Assembly (NCBI GenBank): GCA_964057225.1
Contig: OZ059897.1
Location: forward strand, 20,770,001-20,834,000
Reading direction: 5' to 3'
DNA: 64,000 bases
Origin: Auanema rhodensis
Taxonomy: Eukaryota > Animalia > Nematoda
Notes under the pieces: model-generated
Seen by the model: the letters and a program-made list of their open reading frames with translations, nothing else
Database searches by the model: none
What the model was told of the DNA's origin: nothing
Made by a program: the position numbers and the translations under genes
Shown: positions 12,701-28,080 of the stretch, piece by piece
How positions within the stretch are numbered: the stretch's first letter is position 1
Layout of the letters: each line of letters starts with the position of its first letter

Positions 12701-15700
12701 TGCACTATACTACATTGAGAAAAGCTTAATACAAAAATTAGTTATGATCGTTTGAAAAATGATGCATTAGTGTATGTTGGGTTTCCATGTACACTCAACA
12801 TTGCTTCCAAAAACATTTTGACAAAAATTTTTTCGAAAAATTTCAAAATAATTTAGCAAAAAGTAGATGTTTTTAGACTCCATTTTTCAAGGCAAAGACG
12901 ATGGACAATGTTATTCAACGAAAAAATTAATTCTTCAGGGTGAAAATCGAGGATATAAGTGTGAACTTATATCAGTTGATATCTCGGTGCATTTTTAAGC
13001 TAGCGCAAATCTGATAACACAGATCGACGAAGCTTAAAAATCCGCATCGAATGCACTATACTACATTGAAAAACGCTTAATACAAAAATTAGTTATGATC
13101 GTTTGAAAAATGATGCATTAGTGTATGTTGAGTTTCCATGTACACTCAACATTGCTTCCAAAAACATTTTGACAAAAATTTTTTCGAAAAATTTCAAAAT
13201 AATTTAGCGAAAAATAGATGTTTTTAGATTCGATTTTTCAAGGCAAAGACGATGGACAATGTTATTCAACGAAAAAATTAATTCTTCAGGGTGAAAATCG
13301 AGGATATAATTGTGAACTTATATCAGTTGATATCTCGGTGCATTTTTAAGCTAGCGCAAATCTGATAACACAGATCGACGCAGCTTAAAAATCCGCATCG
13401 AATGCACTATACTACATTGAAAAACGCTTAATACAAAAATTAGTTATGATCGTTTGAAAAATGATGCATTAGTGTATGTTGAGTTTCCATGTACACTCAA
13501 CATTGCTTCCAAAAACATTTTGACAAAAATTTTTTCGAAAAATTTCAAAATAATTTAGCGAAAAATAGATGTTTTTAGATTCGATTTTTCAAGGCAAAGA
13601 CGATGGACAATGTTATTCAACGAAAAAATTAATTCTTCAGGGTGAAAATCGAGGATATAAGTGTGAACTTATATCAGTTGATATCTCGGTGCATTTTTAA
13701 GCTAGCGCAAATCTGATAACACAGATCGACGCAGCTTAAAAATCCGCATCGAATGCACTATACTACATTGAGAAAAGCTTAATACAAAAATTAGTTATGA
13801 TCGTTTGAAAAATGATGCATTAGTGTATGTTGGGTTTCCATGTACACTCAACATTGCTTCCAAAAACATTTTGACAAAAATTTTTTCGAAAAATTTCAAA
13901 ATAATTTAGCAAAAAGTAGATGTTTTTAGATTCCATTTTTCAAGGCAAAGACGATGGACAATGTTATTCAACGAAAAAATTAATTCTTCAGGGTGAAAAT
14001 CGAGGATATAAGTGTGAACTTATATCAGTTGATATCTCGGTGCATTTTTAAGCTAGCGCAAATCTGATAACACAGATCGACGCAGCTTAAAAATCCGCAT
14101 CGAATGCACTATACTACATTGAAAAACGCTTAATACAAAAATTAGTTATGATCGTTTGAAAAATGATGCATTAGTGTATGTTGAGTTTCCATGTACACTC
14201 AACATTGCTTCCAAAAACATTTTGACAAAAATTTTTTCGAAAAATTTCAAAATAATTTAGCGAAAAATAGATGTTTTTAGATTCGATTTTTCAAGGCAAA
14301 GACGATGGACAATGTTATTCAACGAAAAAATTAATTCTTCAGGGTGAAAATCGAGGATATAAGTGTGAACTTATATCAGTTGATATCTCGGTGCATTTTT
14401 AAGCTAGCGCAAATCTGATAACACAGATCGACGCAGCTTAAAAATCCGCATCGAATGCACTATACTACATTGAGAAAAGCTTAATACAAAAATTAGTTAT
14501 GATCGTTTGAAAAATGATGCATTAGTGTATGTTGGGTTTCCATGTACACTCAACATTGCTTCCAAAAACATTTTGACAAAAATTTTTTCGAAAAATTTCA
14601 AAATAATTTAGCAAAAAGTAGATGTTTTTAGATTCCATTTTTCAAGGCAAAGACGATGGACAATGTTATTCAACGAAAAAATTAATTCTTCAGGGTGAAA
14701 ATCGAGGATATAAGTGTGAACTTATATCAGTTGATATCTCGGTGCATTTTTAAGCTAGCGCAAATCTGATAACACAGATCGACGCAGCTTAAAAATCCGC
14801 ATCGAATGCACTATACTACATTGAAAAACGCTTAATACAAAAATTAGTTATGATCGTTTGAAAAATGATGCATTAGTGTATGTTGAGTTTCCATGTACAC
14901 TCAACATTGCTTCCAAAAACATTTTGACAAAAATTTTTTCGAAAAATTTCAAAATAATTTAGCGAAAAATAGATGTTTTTAGATTCGATTTTTCAAGGCA
15001 AAGACGATGGACAATGTTATTCAACGAAAAAATTAATTCTTCAGGGTGAAAATCGAGGATATAAGTGTGAACTTATATCAGTTGATATCTCGGTGCATTT
15101 TTAAGCTAGCGCAAATCTGATAACACAGATCGACGCAGCTTAAAAATCCGCATCGAATGCACTATACTACATTGAGAAAAGCTTAATACAAAAATTAGTT
15201 ATGATCGTTTGAAAAATGATGCATTAGTGTATGTTGAGTTTCCATGTACACTCAACATTGCTTCCAAAAACATTTTGACAAAAATTTTTTCGAAAAATTT
15301 CAAAATAATTTAGCAAAAAGTAGATGTTTTTAGATTCCATTTTTCAAGGCAAAGACGATGGACAATGTTATTCAACGAAAAAATTAATTCTTCAGGGTGA
15401 AAATCGAGGATATAAGTGTGAACTTATATCAGTTGATATCTCGGTGCATTTTTAAGCTAGCGCAAATCTGATAACACAGATCGACGCAGCTTGAAAATCC
15501 GCATCGAATGCACTATATTACATTAAGAAAAGCTTAATACAAAAATTAGTTATGATCGTTTGAAGAATGATGCATTAGTGTATGTTGAGTTTCCATGTAC
15601 ACTCAACATTGCTTCCAAAAACATTTTGACAAAAATTTTTTCGAAAAATTTCAAAATAATTTAGCAAAAAGTAGATGTTTTTAGACTCCATTTTTCAAGG

Positions 15701-16367
15701 CAAAGACGATGGACAATGTTATTCAACGAAAAAATTAATTCTTCAGGGTGAAAATCGAGGATATAAGTGTGAACTTATATCAGTTGATATCTCGGTGCAT
15801 TTTTAAGCTAGCGCAAATCTGATAACACAGATCGACGCAGCTTAAAAATCCGCATCGAATGCACTATACTACATTGAAAAACGCTTAATACAAAAATTAG
15901 TTATGATCGTTTGAAAAATGATGCATTAGTGTATGTTGAGTTTCCATGTACACTCAACATTGCTTCCAAAAACATTTTGACAAAAATTTTTTCGAAAAAT
16001 TTCAAAATAATTTAGCGAAAAATAGATGTTTTTAGATTCGATTTTTCAAGGCAAAGACGATGGACAATGTTATTCAACGAAAAAATTAATTCTTCAGGGT
16101 GAAAATCGAGGATATAAGTGTGAACTTATATCAGTTGATATCTCGGTGCATTTTTAAGCTAGCGCAAATCTGATAACACAGATCGACGCAGCTTAAAAAT
16201 CCGCATCGAATGCACTATACTACATTGAGAAAAGCTTAATACAAAAATTAGTTATGATCGTTTGAAAAATGATGCATTAGTGTATGTTGGGTTTCCATGT
16301 ACACTCAACATTGCTTCCAAAAACATTTTGACAAAAATTTTTTCGAAAAATTTCAAAATAATTTAGC
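3732..16367. repeat. 18-monomer (6318-bp) higher-order tandem duplication, two copies
   Basis: The SNP order of M12-M28 is repeated in M30-M46. The rare allele A43 lies at 5659/6712 and 11977/13030, an offset of exactly 6318. Confidence 0.9.
5266..7371. repeat. 3-mer (1053-bp) tandem duplication nested in the 18-mer; second instance at 11584-13689
   Basis: M16-18 = M19-21 and M34-36 = M37-39. The middle monomer carries A43 plus T323. Confidence 0.88.
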
Positions 16368-19300
16368 AAAAAGTAGATGTTTTTAGACTCCATTTTTCAA
16401 GGCAAAGACGATGGACAATGTTATTCAACGAAAAAATTAATTCTTCAGGGTGAAAATCGAGGATATAAGTGTGAACTTATATCAGTTGATATCTCGGTGC
16501 ATTTTTAAGCTAGCGCAAATCTGATAACACAGATCGACGCAGCTTAAAAATCCGCATCGAATGCACTATACTACATTGAGAAAAGCTTAATACAAAAATT
16601 AGTTATGATCGTTTGAAAAATGATGCATTAGTGTATGTTGAGTTTCCATGTACACTCAACATTGCTTCCAAAAACATTTTGACAAAAATTTTTTCGAAAA
16701 ATTTCAAAATAATTTAGCAAAAAGTAGATGTTTTTAGACTCCATTTTTCAAGGCAAAGACGATGGACAATGTTATTCAACGAAAAAATTAATTCTTCAGG
16801 GTGAAAATCGAGGATATAAGTGTGAACTTATATCAGTTGATATCTCGGTGCATTTTTAAGCTAGCGCAAATCTGATAACACAGATCGACGCAGCTTAAAA
16901 ATCCGCATCGAATGCACTATACTACATTGAAAAACGCTTAATACAAAAATTAGTTATGATCGTTTGAAAAATGATGCATTAGTGTATGTTGAGTTTCCAT
17001 GTACACTCAACATTGCTTCCAAAAACATTTTGACAAAAATTTTTTCGAAAAATTTCAAAATAATTTAGCGAAAAATAGATGTTTTTAGATTCGATTTTTC
17101 AAGGCAAAGACGATGGACAATGTTATTCAACGAAAAAATTAATTCTTCAGGGTGAAAATCGAGGATATAAGTGTGAACTTATATCAGTTGATATCTCGGT
17201 GCATTTTTAAGCTAGCGCAAATCTGATAACACAGATCGACGCAGCTTAAAAATCCGCATCGAATGCACTATACTACATTGAGAAAAGCTTAATACAAAAA
17301 TTAGTTATGATCGTTTGAAAAATGATGCATTAGTGTATGTTGGGTTTCCATGTACACTCAACATTGCTTCCAAAAACATTTTGACAAAAATTTTTTCGAA
17401 AAATTTCAAAATAATTTAGCAAAAAGTAGATGTTTTTAGACTCCATTTTTCAAGGCAAAGACGATGGACAATGTTATTCAACGAAAAAATTAATTCTTCA
17501 GGGTGAAAATCGAGGATATAAGTGTGAACTTATATCAGTTGATATCTCGGTGCATTTTTAAGCTAGCGCAAATCTGATAACACAGATCGACGCAGCTTAA
17601 AAATCCGCATCGAATGCACTATACTACATTGAGAAAAGCTTAATACAAAAATTAGTTATGATCGTTTGAAAAATGATGCATTAGTGTATGTTGGGTTTCC
17701 ATGTACACTCAACATTGCTTCCAAAAACATTTTGACAAAAATTTTTTCGAAAAATTTCAAAATAATTTAGCAAAAAGTAGATGTTTTTAGATTCCATTTT
17801 TCAAGGCAAAGACGATGGACAATGTTATTCAACGAAAAAATTAATTCTTCAGGGTGAAAATCGAGGATATAAGTGTGAACTTATATCAGTTGATATCTCG
17901 GTGCATTTTTAAGCTAGCGCAAATCTGATAACACAGATCGACGCAGCTTAAAAATCCGCATCGAATGCACTATACTACATTGAAAAACGCTTGATACAAA
18001 AATTAGTTATGATCGTTTGAAAAATGATGCATTAGTGTATGTTGAGTTTCCATGTACACTCAACATTGCTTCCAAAAACATTTTGACAAAAATTTTTTCG
18101 AAAAATTTCAAAATAATTTAGCAAAAAGTAGATGTTTTTAGATTCCATTTTTCAAGGCAAAGACGATGGACAATGTTATTCAACGAAAAAATTAATTCTT
18201 CAGGGTGAAAATCGAGGATATAAGTGTGAACTTATATCAGTTGATATCTCGGTGCATTTTTAAGCTAGCGCAAATCTGATAACACAGATCGACGCAGCTT
18301 AAAAATCCGCATCGAATGCACTATACTACATTGAGAAAAGCTTAATACAAAAATTAGTTATGATCGTTTGAAAAATGATGCATTAGTGTATGTTGAGTTT
18401 CCATGTACACTCAACATTGCTTCCAAAAACATTTTGACAAAAATTTTTTCGAAAAATTTCAAAATAATTTAGCGAAAAATAGATGTTTTTAGATTCGATT
18501 TTTCAAGGCAAAGACGATGGACAATGTTATTCAACGAAAAAATTAATTCTTCAGGGTGAAAATCGAGGATATAAGTGTGAACTTATATCAGTTGATATCT
18601 CGGTGCATTTTTAAGCTAGCGCAAATCTGATAACACAGATCGACGCAGCTTAAAAATCCGCATCGAATGCACTATACTACATTGAGAAAAGCTTAATACA
18701 AAAATTAGTTATGATCGTTTGAAAAATGATGCATTAGTGTATGTTGGGTTTCCATGTACACTCAACATTGCTTCCAAAAACATTTTGACAAAAATTTTTT
18801 CGAAAAATTTCAAAATAATTTAGCAAAAAGTAGATGTTTTTAGATTCCATTTTTCAAGGCAAAGACGATGGACAATGTTATTCAACGAAAAAATTAATTC
18901 TTCAGGGTGAAAATCGAGGATATAAGTGTGAACTTATATCAGTTGATATCTCGGTGCATTTTTAAGCTAGCGCAAATCTGATAACACAGATCGACGCAGC
19001 TTAAAAATCCGCATCGAATGCACTATACTACATTGAAAAAAGCTTAATACAAAAATTAGTTATGATCGTTTGAAAAATGATGCATTAGTGTATGTTGAGT
19101 TTCCATGTACACTCAACATTGCTTCCAAAAACATTTTGACAAAAATTTTTTCGAAAAATTTCAAAATAATTTAGCGAAAAATAGATGTTTTTAGATTCGA
19201 TTTTTCAAGGCAAAGACGATGGACAATGTTATTCAACGAAAAAATTAATTCTTCAGGGTGAAAATCGAGGATATAAGTGTGAACTTATATCAGTTGATAT

Positions 19301-22300
19301 CTCGGTGCATTTTTAAGCTAGCGCAAATCTGATAACACAGATCGACGCAGCTTAAAAATCCGCATCGAATGCACTATACTACATTGAGAAAAGCTTAATA
19401 CAAAAATTAGTTATGATCGTTTGAAAAATGATGCATTAGTGTATGTTGAGTTTCCATGTACACTCAACATTGCTTCCAAAAACATTTTGACAAAAATTTT
19501 TTCGAAAAATTTCAAAATAATTTAGCGAAAAATAGATGTTTTTAGATTCGATTTTTCAAGGCAAAGACGATGGACAATGTTATTCAACGAAAAAATTAAT
19601 TCTTCAGGGTGAAAATCGAGGATATAAGTGTGAACTTATATCAGTTGATATCTCGGTGCATTTTTAAGCTAGCGCAAATCTGATAACACAGATCGACGCA
19701 GCTTAAAAATCCGCATCGAATGCACTATACTACATTGAGAAAAGCTTAATACAAAAATTAGTTATGATCGTTTGAAAAATGATGCATTAGTGTATGTTGG
19801 GTTTCCATGTACACTCAACATTGCTTCCAAAAACATTTTGACAAAAATTTTTTCGAAAAATTTCAAAATAATTTAGCAAAAAGTAGATGTTTTTAGATTC
19901 CATTTTTCAAGGCAAAGACGATGGACAATGTTATTCAACGAAAAAATTAATTCTTCAGGGTGAAAATCGAGGATATAAGTGTGAACTTATATCAGTTGAT
20001 ATCTCGGTGCATTTTTAAGCTAGCGCAAATCTGATAACACAGATCGACGCAGCTTAAAAATCCGCATCGAATGCACTATACTACATTGAAAAACGCTTGA
20101 TACAAAAATTAGTTATGATCGTTTGAAAAATGATGCATTAGTGTATGTTGAGTTTCCATGTACACTCAACATTGCTTCCAAAAACATTTTGACAAAAATT
20201 TTTTCGAAAAATTTCAAAATAATTTAGCAAAAAGTAGATGTTTTTAGATTCCATTTTTCAAGGCAAAGACGATGGACAATGTTATTCAACGAAAAAATTA
20301 ATTCTTCAGGGTGAAAATCGAGGATATAAGTGTGAACTTATATCAGTTGATATCTCGGTGCATTTTTAAGCTAGCGCAAATCTGATAACACAGATCGACG
20401 CAGCTTGAAAATCCGCATCGAATGCACTATATTACATTGAGAAAAGCTTAATACAAAAATTAGTTATGATCGTTTGAAAAATGATGCATTAGTGTATGTT
20501 GAGTTTCCATGTACACTCAACATTGCTTCCAAAAACATTTTGACAAAAATTTTTTCGAAAAATTTCAAAATAATTTAGCAAAAAGTAGATGTTTTTAGAC
20601 TCCATTTTTCAAGGCAAAGACGATGGACAATGTTATTCAACGAAAAAATTAATTCTTCAGGGTGAAAATCGAGGATATAAGTGTGAACTTATATCAGTTG
20701 ATATCTCGGTGCATTTTTAAGCTAGCGCAAATCTGATAACACAGATCGACGCAGCTTAAAAATCCGCATCGAATGCACTATACTACATTGAAAAACGCTT
20801 AATACAAAAATTAGTTATGATCGTTTGAAAAATGATGCATTAGTGTATGTTGAGTTTCCATGTACACTCAACATTGCTTCCAAAAACATTTTGACAAAAA
20901 TTTTTTCGAAAAATTTCAAAATAATTTAGCGAAAAATAGATGTTTTTAGATTCGATTTTTCAAGGCAAAGACGATGGACAATGTTATTCAACGAAAAAAT
21001 TAATTCTTCAGGGTGAAAATCGAGGATATAAGTGTGAACTTATATCAGTTGATATCTCGGTGCATTTTTAAGCTAGCGCAAATCTGATAACACAGATCGA
21101 CGCAGCTTAAAAATCCGCATCGAATGCACTATACTACATTGAGAAAAGCTTAATACAAAAATTAGTTATGATCGTTTGAAAAATGATGCATTAGTGTATG
21201 TTGGGTTTCCATGTACACTCAACATTGCTTCCAAAAACATTTTGACAAAAATTTTTTCGAAAAATTTCAAAATAATTTAGCAAAAAGTAGATGTTTTTAG
21301 ATTCCATTTTTCAAGGCAAAGACGATGGACAATGTTATTCAACGAAAAAATTAATTCTTCAGGGTGAAAATCGAGGATATAAGTGTGAACTTATATCAGT
21401 TGATATCTCGGTGCATTTTTAAGCTAGCGCAAATCTGATAACACAGATCGACGCAGCTTAAAAATCCGCATCGAATGCACTATACTACATTGAAAAACGC
21501 TTGATACAAAAATTAGTTATGATCGTTTGAAAAATGATGCATTAGTGTATGTTGGGTTTCCATGTACACTCAACATTGCTTCCAAAAACATTTTGACAAA
21601 AATTTTTTCGAAAAATTTCAAAATAATTTAGCAAAAAGTAGATGTTTTTAGATTCCATTTTTCAAGGCAAAGACGATGGACAATGTTATTCAACGAAAAA
21701 ATTAATTCTTCAGGGTGAAAATCGAGGATATAAGTGTGAACTTATATCAGTTGATATCTCGGTGCATTTTTAAGCTAGCGCAAATCTGATAACACAGATC
21801 GACGCAGCTTAAAAATCCGCATCGAATGCACTATACTACATTGAAAAACGCTTGATACAAAAATTAGTTATGATCGTTTGAAAAATGATGCATTAGTGTA
21901 TGTTGAGTTTCCATGTACACTCAACATTGCTTCCAAAAACATTTTGACAAAAATTTTTTCGAAAAATTTCAAAATAATTTAGCAAAAAGTAGATGTTTTT
22001 AGATTCCATTTTTCAAGGCAAAGACGATGGACAATGTTATTCAACGAAAAAATTAATTCTTCAGGGTGAAAATCGAGGATATAAGTGTGAACTTATATCA
22101 GTTGATATCTCGGTGCATTTTTAAGCTAGCGCAAATCTGATAACACAGATCGACGCAGCTTAAAAATCCGCATCGAATGCACTATACTACATTGAGAAAA
22201 GCTTAATACAAAAATTAGTTATGATCGTTTGAAAAATGATGCATTAGTGTATGTTGGGTTTCCATGTACACTCAACATTGCTTCCAAAAACATTTTGACA

Positions 22301-23517
22301 AAAATTTTTTCGAAAAATTTCAAAATAATTTAGCAAAAAGTAGATGTTTTTAGATTCCATTTTTCAAGGCAAAGACGATGGACAATGTTATTCAACGAAA
22401 AAATTAATTCTTCAGGGTGAAAATCGAGGATATAAGTGTGAACTTATATCAGTTGATATCTCGGTGCATTTTTAAGCTAGCGCAAATCTGATAACACAGA
22501 TCGACGCAGCTTAAAAATCCGCATCGAATGCACTATACTACATTGAAAAACGCTTGATACAAAAATTAGTTATGATCGTTTGAAAAATGATGCATTAGTG
22601 TATGTTGAGTTTCCATGTACACTCAACATTGCTTCCAAAAACATTTTGACAAAAATTTTTTCGAAAAATTTCAAAATAATTTAGCAAAAAGTAGATGTTT
22701 TTAGATTCCATTTTTCAAGGCAAAGACGATGGACAATGTTATTCAACGAAAAAATTAATTCTTCAGGGTGAAAATCGAGGATATAAGTGTGAACTTATAT
22801 CAGTTGATATCTCGGTGCATTTTTAAGCTAGCGCAAATCTGATAACACAGATCGACGCAGCTTAAAAATCCGCATCGAATGCACTATACTACATTGAGAA
22901 AAGCTTAATACAAAAATTAGTTATGATCGTTTGAAAAATGATGCATTAGTGTATGTTGAGTTTCCATGTACACTCAACATTGCTTCCAAAAACATTTTGA
23001 CAAAAATTTTTTCGAAAAATTTCAAAATAATTTAGCGAAAAATAGATGTTTTTAGATTCGATTTTTCAAGGCAAAGACGATGGACAATGTTATTCAACGA
23101 AAAAATTAATTCTTCAGGGTGAAAATCGAGGATATAAGTGTGAACTTATATCAGTTGATATCTCGGTGCATTTTTAAGCTAGCGCAAATCTGATAACACA
23201 GATCGACGCAGCTTAAAAATCCGCATCGAATGCACTATACTACATTGAGAAAAGCTTAATACAAAAATTAGTTATGATCGTTTGAAAAATGATGCATTAG
23301 TGTATGTTGAGTTTCCATGTACACTCAACATTGCTTCCAAAAACATTTTGACAAAAATTTTTTCGAAAAATTTCAAAATAATTTAGCAAAAAGTAGATGT
23401 TTTTAGATTCCATTTTTCAAGGCAAAGACGATGGACAATGTTATTCAACGAAAAAATTAATTCTTCAGGGTGAAAATCGAGGATATAAGTGTGAACTTAT
23501 ATCAGTTGATATCTCGG

Positions 23518-26500
23518 TGCATTTTTAAGCTAGCGCAAATCTGATAACACAGATCGACGCAGCTTGAAAATCCGCATCGAATGCACTATATTACATTAAG
23601 AAAAGCTTAATACAAAAATTAGTTATGATCGTTTGAAAAATGATGCATTAGTGTATGTTGAGTTTCCATGTACACTCAACATTGCTTCCAAAAACATTTT
23701 GACAAAAATTTTTTCGAAAAATTTCAAAATAATTTAGCAAAAAGTAGATGTTTTTAGACTCCATTTTTCAAGGCAAAGACGATGGACAATGTTATTCAAC
23801 GAAAAAATTAATTCTTCAGGGTGAAAATCGAGGATATAAGTGTGAACTTATATCAGTTGATATCTCGGTGCATTTTTAAGCTAGCGCAAATCTGATAACA
23901 CAGATCGACGCAGCTTAAAAATCCGCATCGAATGCACTATACTACATTGAAAAACGCTTAATACAAAAATTAGTTATGATCGTTTGAAAAATGATGCATT
24001 AGTGTATGTTGAGTTTCCATGTACACTCAACATTGCTTCCAAAAACATTTTGACAAAAATTTTTTCGAAAAATTTCAAAATAATTTAGCGAAAAATAGAT
24101 GTTTTTAGATTCGATTTTTCAAGGCAAAGACGATGGACAATGTTATTCAACGAAAAAATTAATTCTTCAGGGTGAAAATCGAGGATATAAGTGTGAACTT
24201 ATATCAGTTGATATCTCGGTGCATTTTTAAGCTAGCGCAAATCTGATAACACAGATCGACGCAGCTTAAAAATCCGCATCGAATGCACTATACTACATTG
24301 AGAAAAGCTTAATACAAAAATTAGTTATGATCGTTTGAAAAATGATGCATTAGTGTATGTTGGGTTTCCATGTACACTCAACATTGCTTCCAAAAACATT
24401 TTGACAAAAATTTTTTCGAAAAATTTCAAAATAATTTAGCAAAAAGTAGATGTTTTTAGACTCCATTTTTCAAGGCAAAGACGATGGACAATGTTATTCA
24501 ACGAAAAAATTAATTCTTCAGGGTGAAAATCGAGGATATAAGTGTGAACTTATATCAGTTGATATCTCGGTGCATTTTTAAGCTAGCGCAAATCTGATAA
24601 CACAGATCGACGCAGCTTGAAAATCCGCATCGAATGCACTATATTACATTAAGAAAAGCTTAATACAAAAATTAGTTATGATCGTTTGAAAAATGATGCA
24701 TTAGTGTATGTTGAGTTTCCATGTACACTCAACATTGCTTCCAAAAACATTTTGACAAAAATTTTTTCGAAAAATTTCAAAATAATTTAGCAAAAAGTAG
24801 ATGTTTTTAGACTCCATTTTTCAAGGCAAAGACGATGGACAATGTTATTCAACGAAAAAATTAATTCTTCAGGGTGAAAATCGAGGATATAAGTGTGAAC
24901 TTATATCAGTTGATATCTCGGTGCATTTTTAAGCTAGCGCAAATCTGATAACACAGATCGACGCAGCTTAAAAATCCGCATCGAATGCACTATACTACAT
25001 TGAAAAACGCTTAATACAAAAATTAGTTATGATCGTTTGAAAAATGATGCATTAGTGTATGTTGAGTTTCCATGTACACTCAACATTGCTTCCAAAAACA
25101 TTTTGACAAAAATTTTTTCGAAAAATTTCAAAATAATTTAGCGAAAAATAGATGTTTTTAGATTCGATTTTTCAAGGCAAAGACGATGGACAATGTTATT
25201 CAACGAAAAAATTAATTCTTCAGGGTGAAAATCGAGGATATAAGTGTGAACTTATATCAGTTGATATCTCGGTGCATTTTTAAGCTAGCGCAAATCTGAT
25301 AACACAGATCGACGCAGCTTAAAAATCCGCATCGAATGCACTATACTACATTGAGAAAAGCTTAATACAAAAATTAGTTATGATCGTTTGAAAAATGATG
25401 CATTAGTGTATGTTGGGTTTCCATGTACACTCAACATTGCTTCCAAAAACATTTTGACAAAAATTTTTTCGAAAAATTTCAAAATAATTTAGCAAAAAGT
25501 AGATGTTTTTAGACTCCATTTTTCAAGGCAAAGACGATGGACAATGTTATTCAACGAAAAAATTAATTCTTCAGGGTGAAAATCGAGGATATAAGTGTGA
25601 ACTTATATCAGTTGATATCTCGGTGCATTTTTAAGCTAGCGCAAATCTGATAACACAGATCGACGCAGCTTGAAAATCCGCATCGAATGCACTATATTAC
25701 ATTAAGAAAAGCTTAATACAAAAATTAGTTATGATCGTTTGAAAAATGATGCATTAGTGTATGTTGAGTTTCCATGTACACTCAACATTGCTTCCAAAAA
25801 CATTTTGACAAAAATTTTTTCGAAAAATTTCAAAATAATTTAGCAAAAAGTAGATGTTTTTAGACTCCATTTTTCAAGGCAAAGACGATGGACAATGTTA
25901 TTCAACGAAAAAATTAATTCTTCAGGGTGAAAATCGAGGATATAAGTGTGAACTTATATCAGTTGATATCTCGGTGCATTTTTAAGCTAGCGCAAATCTG
26001 ATAACACAGATCGACGCAGCTTAAAAATCCGCATCGAATGCACTATACTACATTGAAAAACGCTTAATACAAAAATTAGTTATGATCGTTTGAAAAATGA
26101 TGCATTAGTGTATGTTGAGTTTCCATGTACACTCAACATTGCTTCCAAAAACATTTTGACAAAAATTTTTTCGAAAAATTTCAAAATAATTTAGCGAAAA
26201 ATAGATGTTTTTAGATTCGATTTTTCAAGGCAAAGACGATGGACAATGTTATTCAACGAAAAAATTAATTCTTCAGGGTGAAAATCGAGGATATAAGTGT
26301 GAACTTATATCAGTTGATATCTCGGTGCATTTTTAAGCTAGCGCAAATCTGATAACACAGATCGACGCAGCTTAAAAATCCGCATCGAATGCACTATACT
26401 ACATTGAGAAAAGCTTAATACAAAAATTAGTTATGATCGTTTGAAAAATGATGCATTAGTGTATGTTGGGTTTCCATGTACACTCAACATTGCTTCCAAA

Positions 26501-28080
26501 AACATTTTGACAAAAATTTTTTCGAAAAATTTCAAAATAATTTAGCGAAAAATAGATGTTTTTAGATTCGATTTTTCAAGGCAAAGACGATGGACAATGT
26601 TATTCAACGAAAAAATTAATTCTTCAGGGTGAAAATCGAGGATATAAGTGTGAACTTATATCAGTTGATATCTCGGTGCATTTTTAAGCTAGCGCAAATC
26701 TGATAACACAGATCGACGCAGCTTAAAAATCCGCATCGAATGCACTATACTACATTGAGAAAAGCTTAATACAAAAATTAGTTATGATCGTTTGAAAAAT
26801 GATGCATTAGTGTATGTTGGGTTTCCATGTACACTCAACATTGCTTCCAAAAACATTTTGACAAAAATTTTTTCGAAAAATTTCAAAATAATTTAGCAAA
26901 AAGTAGATGTTTTTAGACTCCATTTTTCAAGGCAAAGACGATGGACAATGTTATTCAACGAAAAAATTAATTCTTCAGGGTGAAAATCGAGGATATAAGT
27001 GTGAACTTATATCAGTTGATATCTCGGTGCATTTTTAAGCTAGCGCAAATCTGATAACACAGATCGACGCAGCTTGAAAATCCGCATCGAATGCACTATA
27101 TTACATTAAGAAAAGCTTAATACAAAAATTAGTTATGATCGTTTGAAAAATGATGCATTAGTGTATGTTGAGTTTCCATGTACACTCAACATTGCTTCCA
27201 AAAACATTTTGACAAAAATTTTTTCGAAAAATTTCAAAATAATTTAGCAAAAAGTAGATGTTTTTAGACTCCATTTTTCAAGGCAAAGACGATGGACAAT
27301 GTTATTCAACGAAAAAATTAATTCTTCAGGGTGAAAATCGAGGATATAAGTGTGAACTTATATCAGTTGATATCTCGGTGCATTTTTAAGCTAGCGCAAA
27401 TCTGATAACACAGATCGACGCAGCTTAAAAATCCGCATCGAATGCACTATACTACATTGAAAAACGCTTAATACAAAAATTAGTTATGATCGTTTGAAAA
27501 ATGATGCATTAGTGTATGTTGAGTTTCCATGTACACTCAACATTGCTTCCAAAAACATTTTGACAAAAATTTTTTCGAAAAATTTCAAAATAATTTAGCG
27601 AAAAATAGATGTTTTTAGATTCGATTTTTCAAGGCAAAGACGATGGACAATGTTATTCAACGAAAAAATTAATTCTTCAGGGTGAAAATCGAGGATATAA
27701 GTGTGAACTTATATCAGTTGATATCTCGGTGCATTTTTAAGCTAGCGCAAATCTGATAACACAGATCGACGCAGCTTAAAAATCCGCATCGAATGCACTA
27801 TACTACATTGAGAAAAGCTTAATACAAAAATTAGTTATGATCGTTTGAAAAATGATGCATTAGTGTATGTTGGGTTTCCATGTACACTCAACATTGCTTC
27901 CAAAAACATTTTGACAAAAATTTTTTCGAAAAATTTCAAAATAATTTAGCAAAAAGTAGATGTTTTTAGACTCCATTTTTCAAGGCAAAGACGATGGACA
28001 ATGTTATTCAACGAAAAAATTAATTCTTCAGGGTGAAAATCGAGGATATAAGTGTGAACTTATATCAGTTGATATCTCGG
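23518..28080. repeat. 3-mer higher-order repeat, four copies plus one extra chimeric monomer
   Basis: The monomer with G49/T74/A81/C242 occurs at M68, M71, M74 and M78. Each is followed by a C87/G222/A227/G245 monomer and a G83/G144/C242 monomer. M76 is an extra hybrid. Confidence 0.88.
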
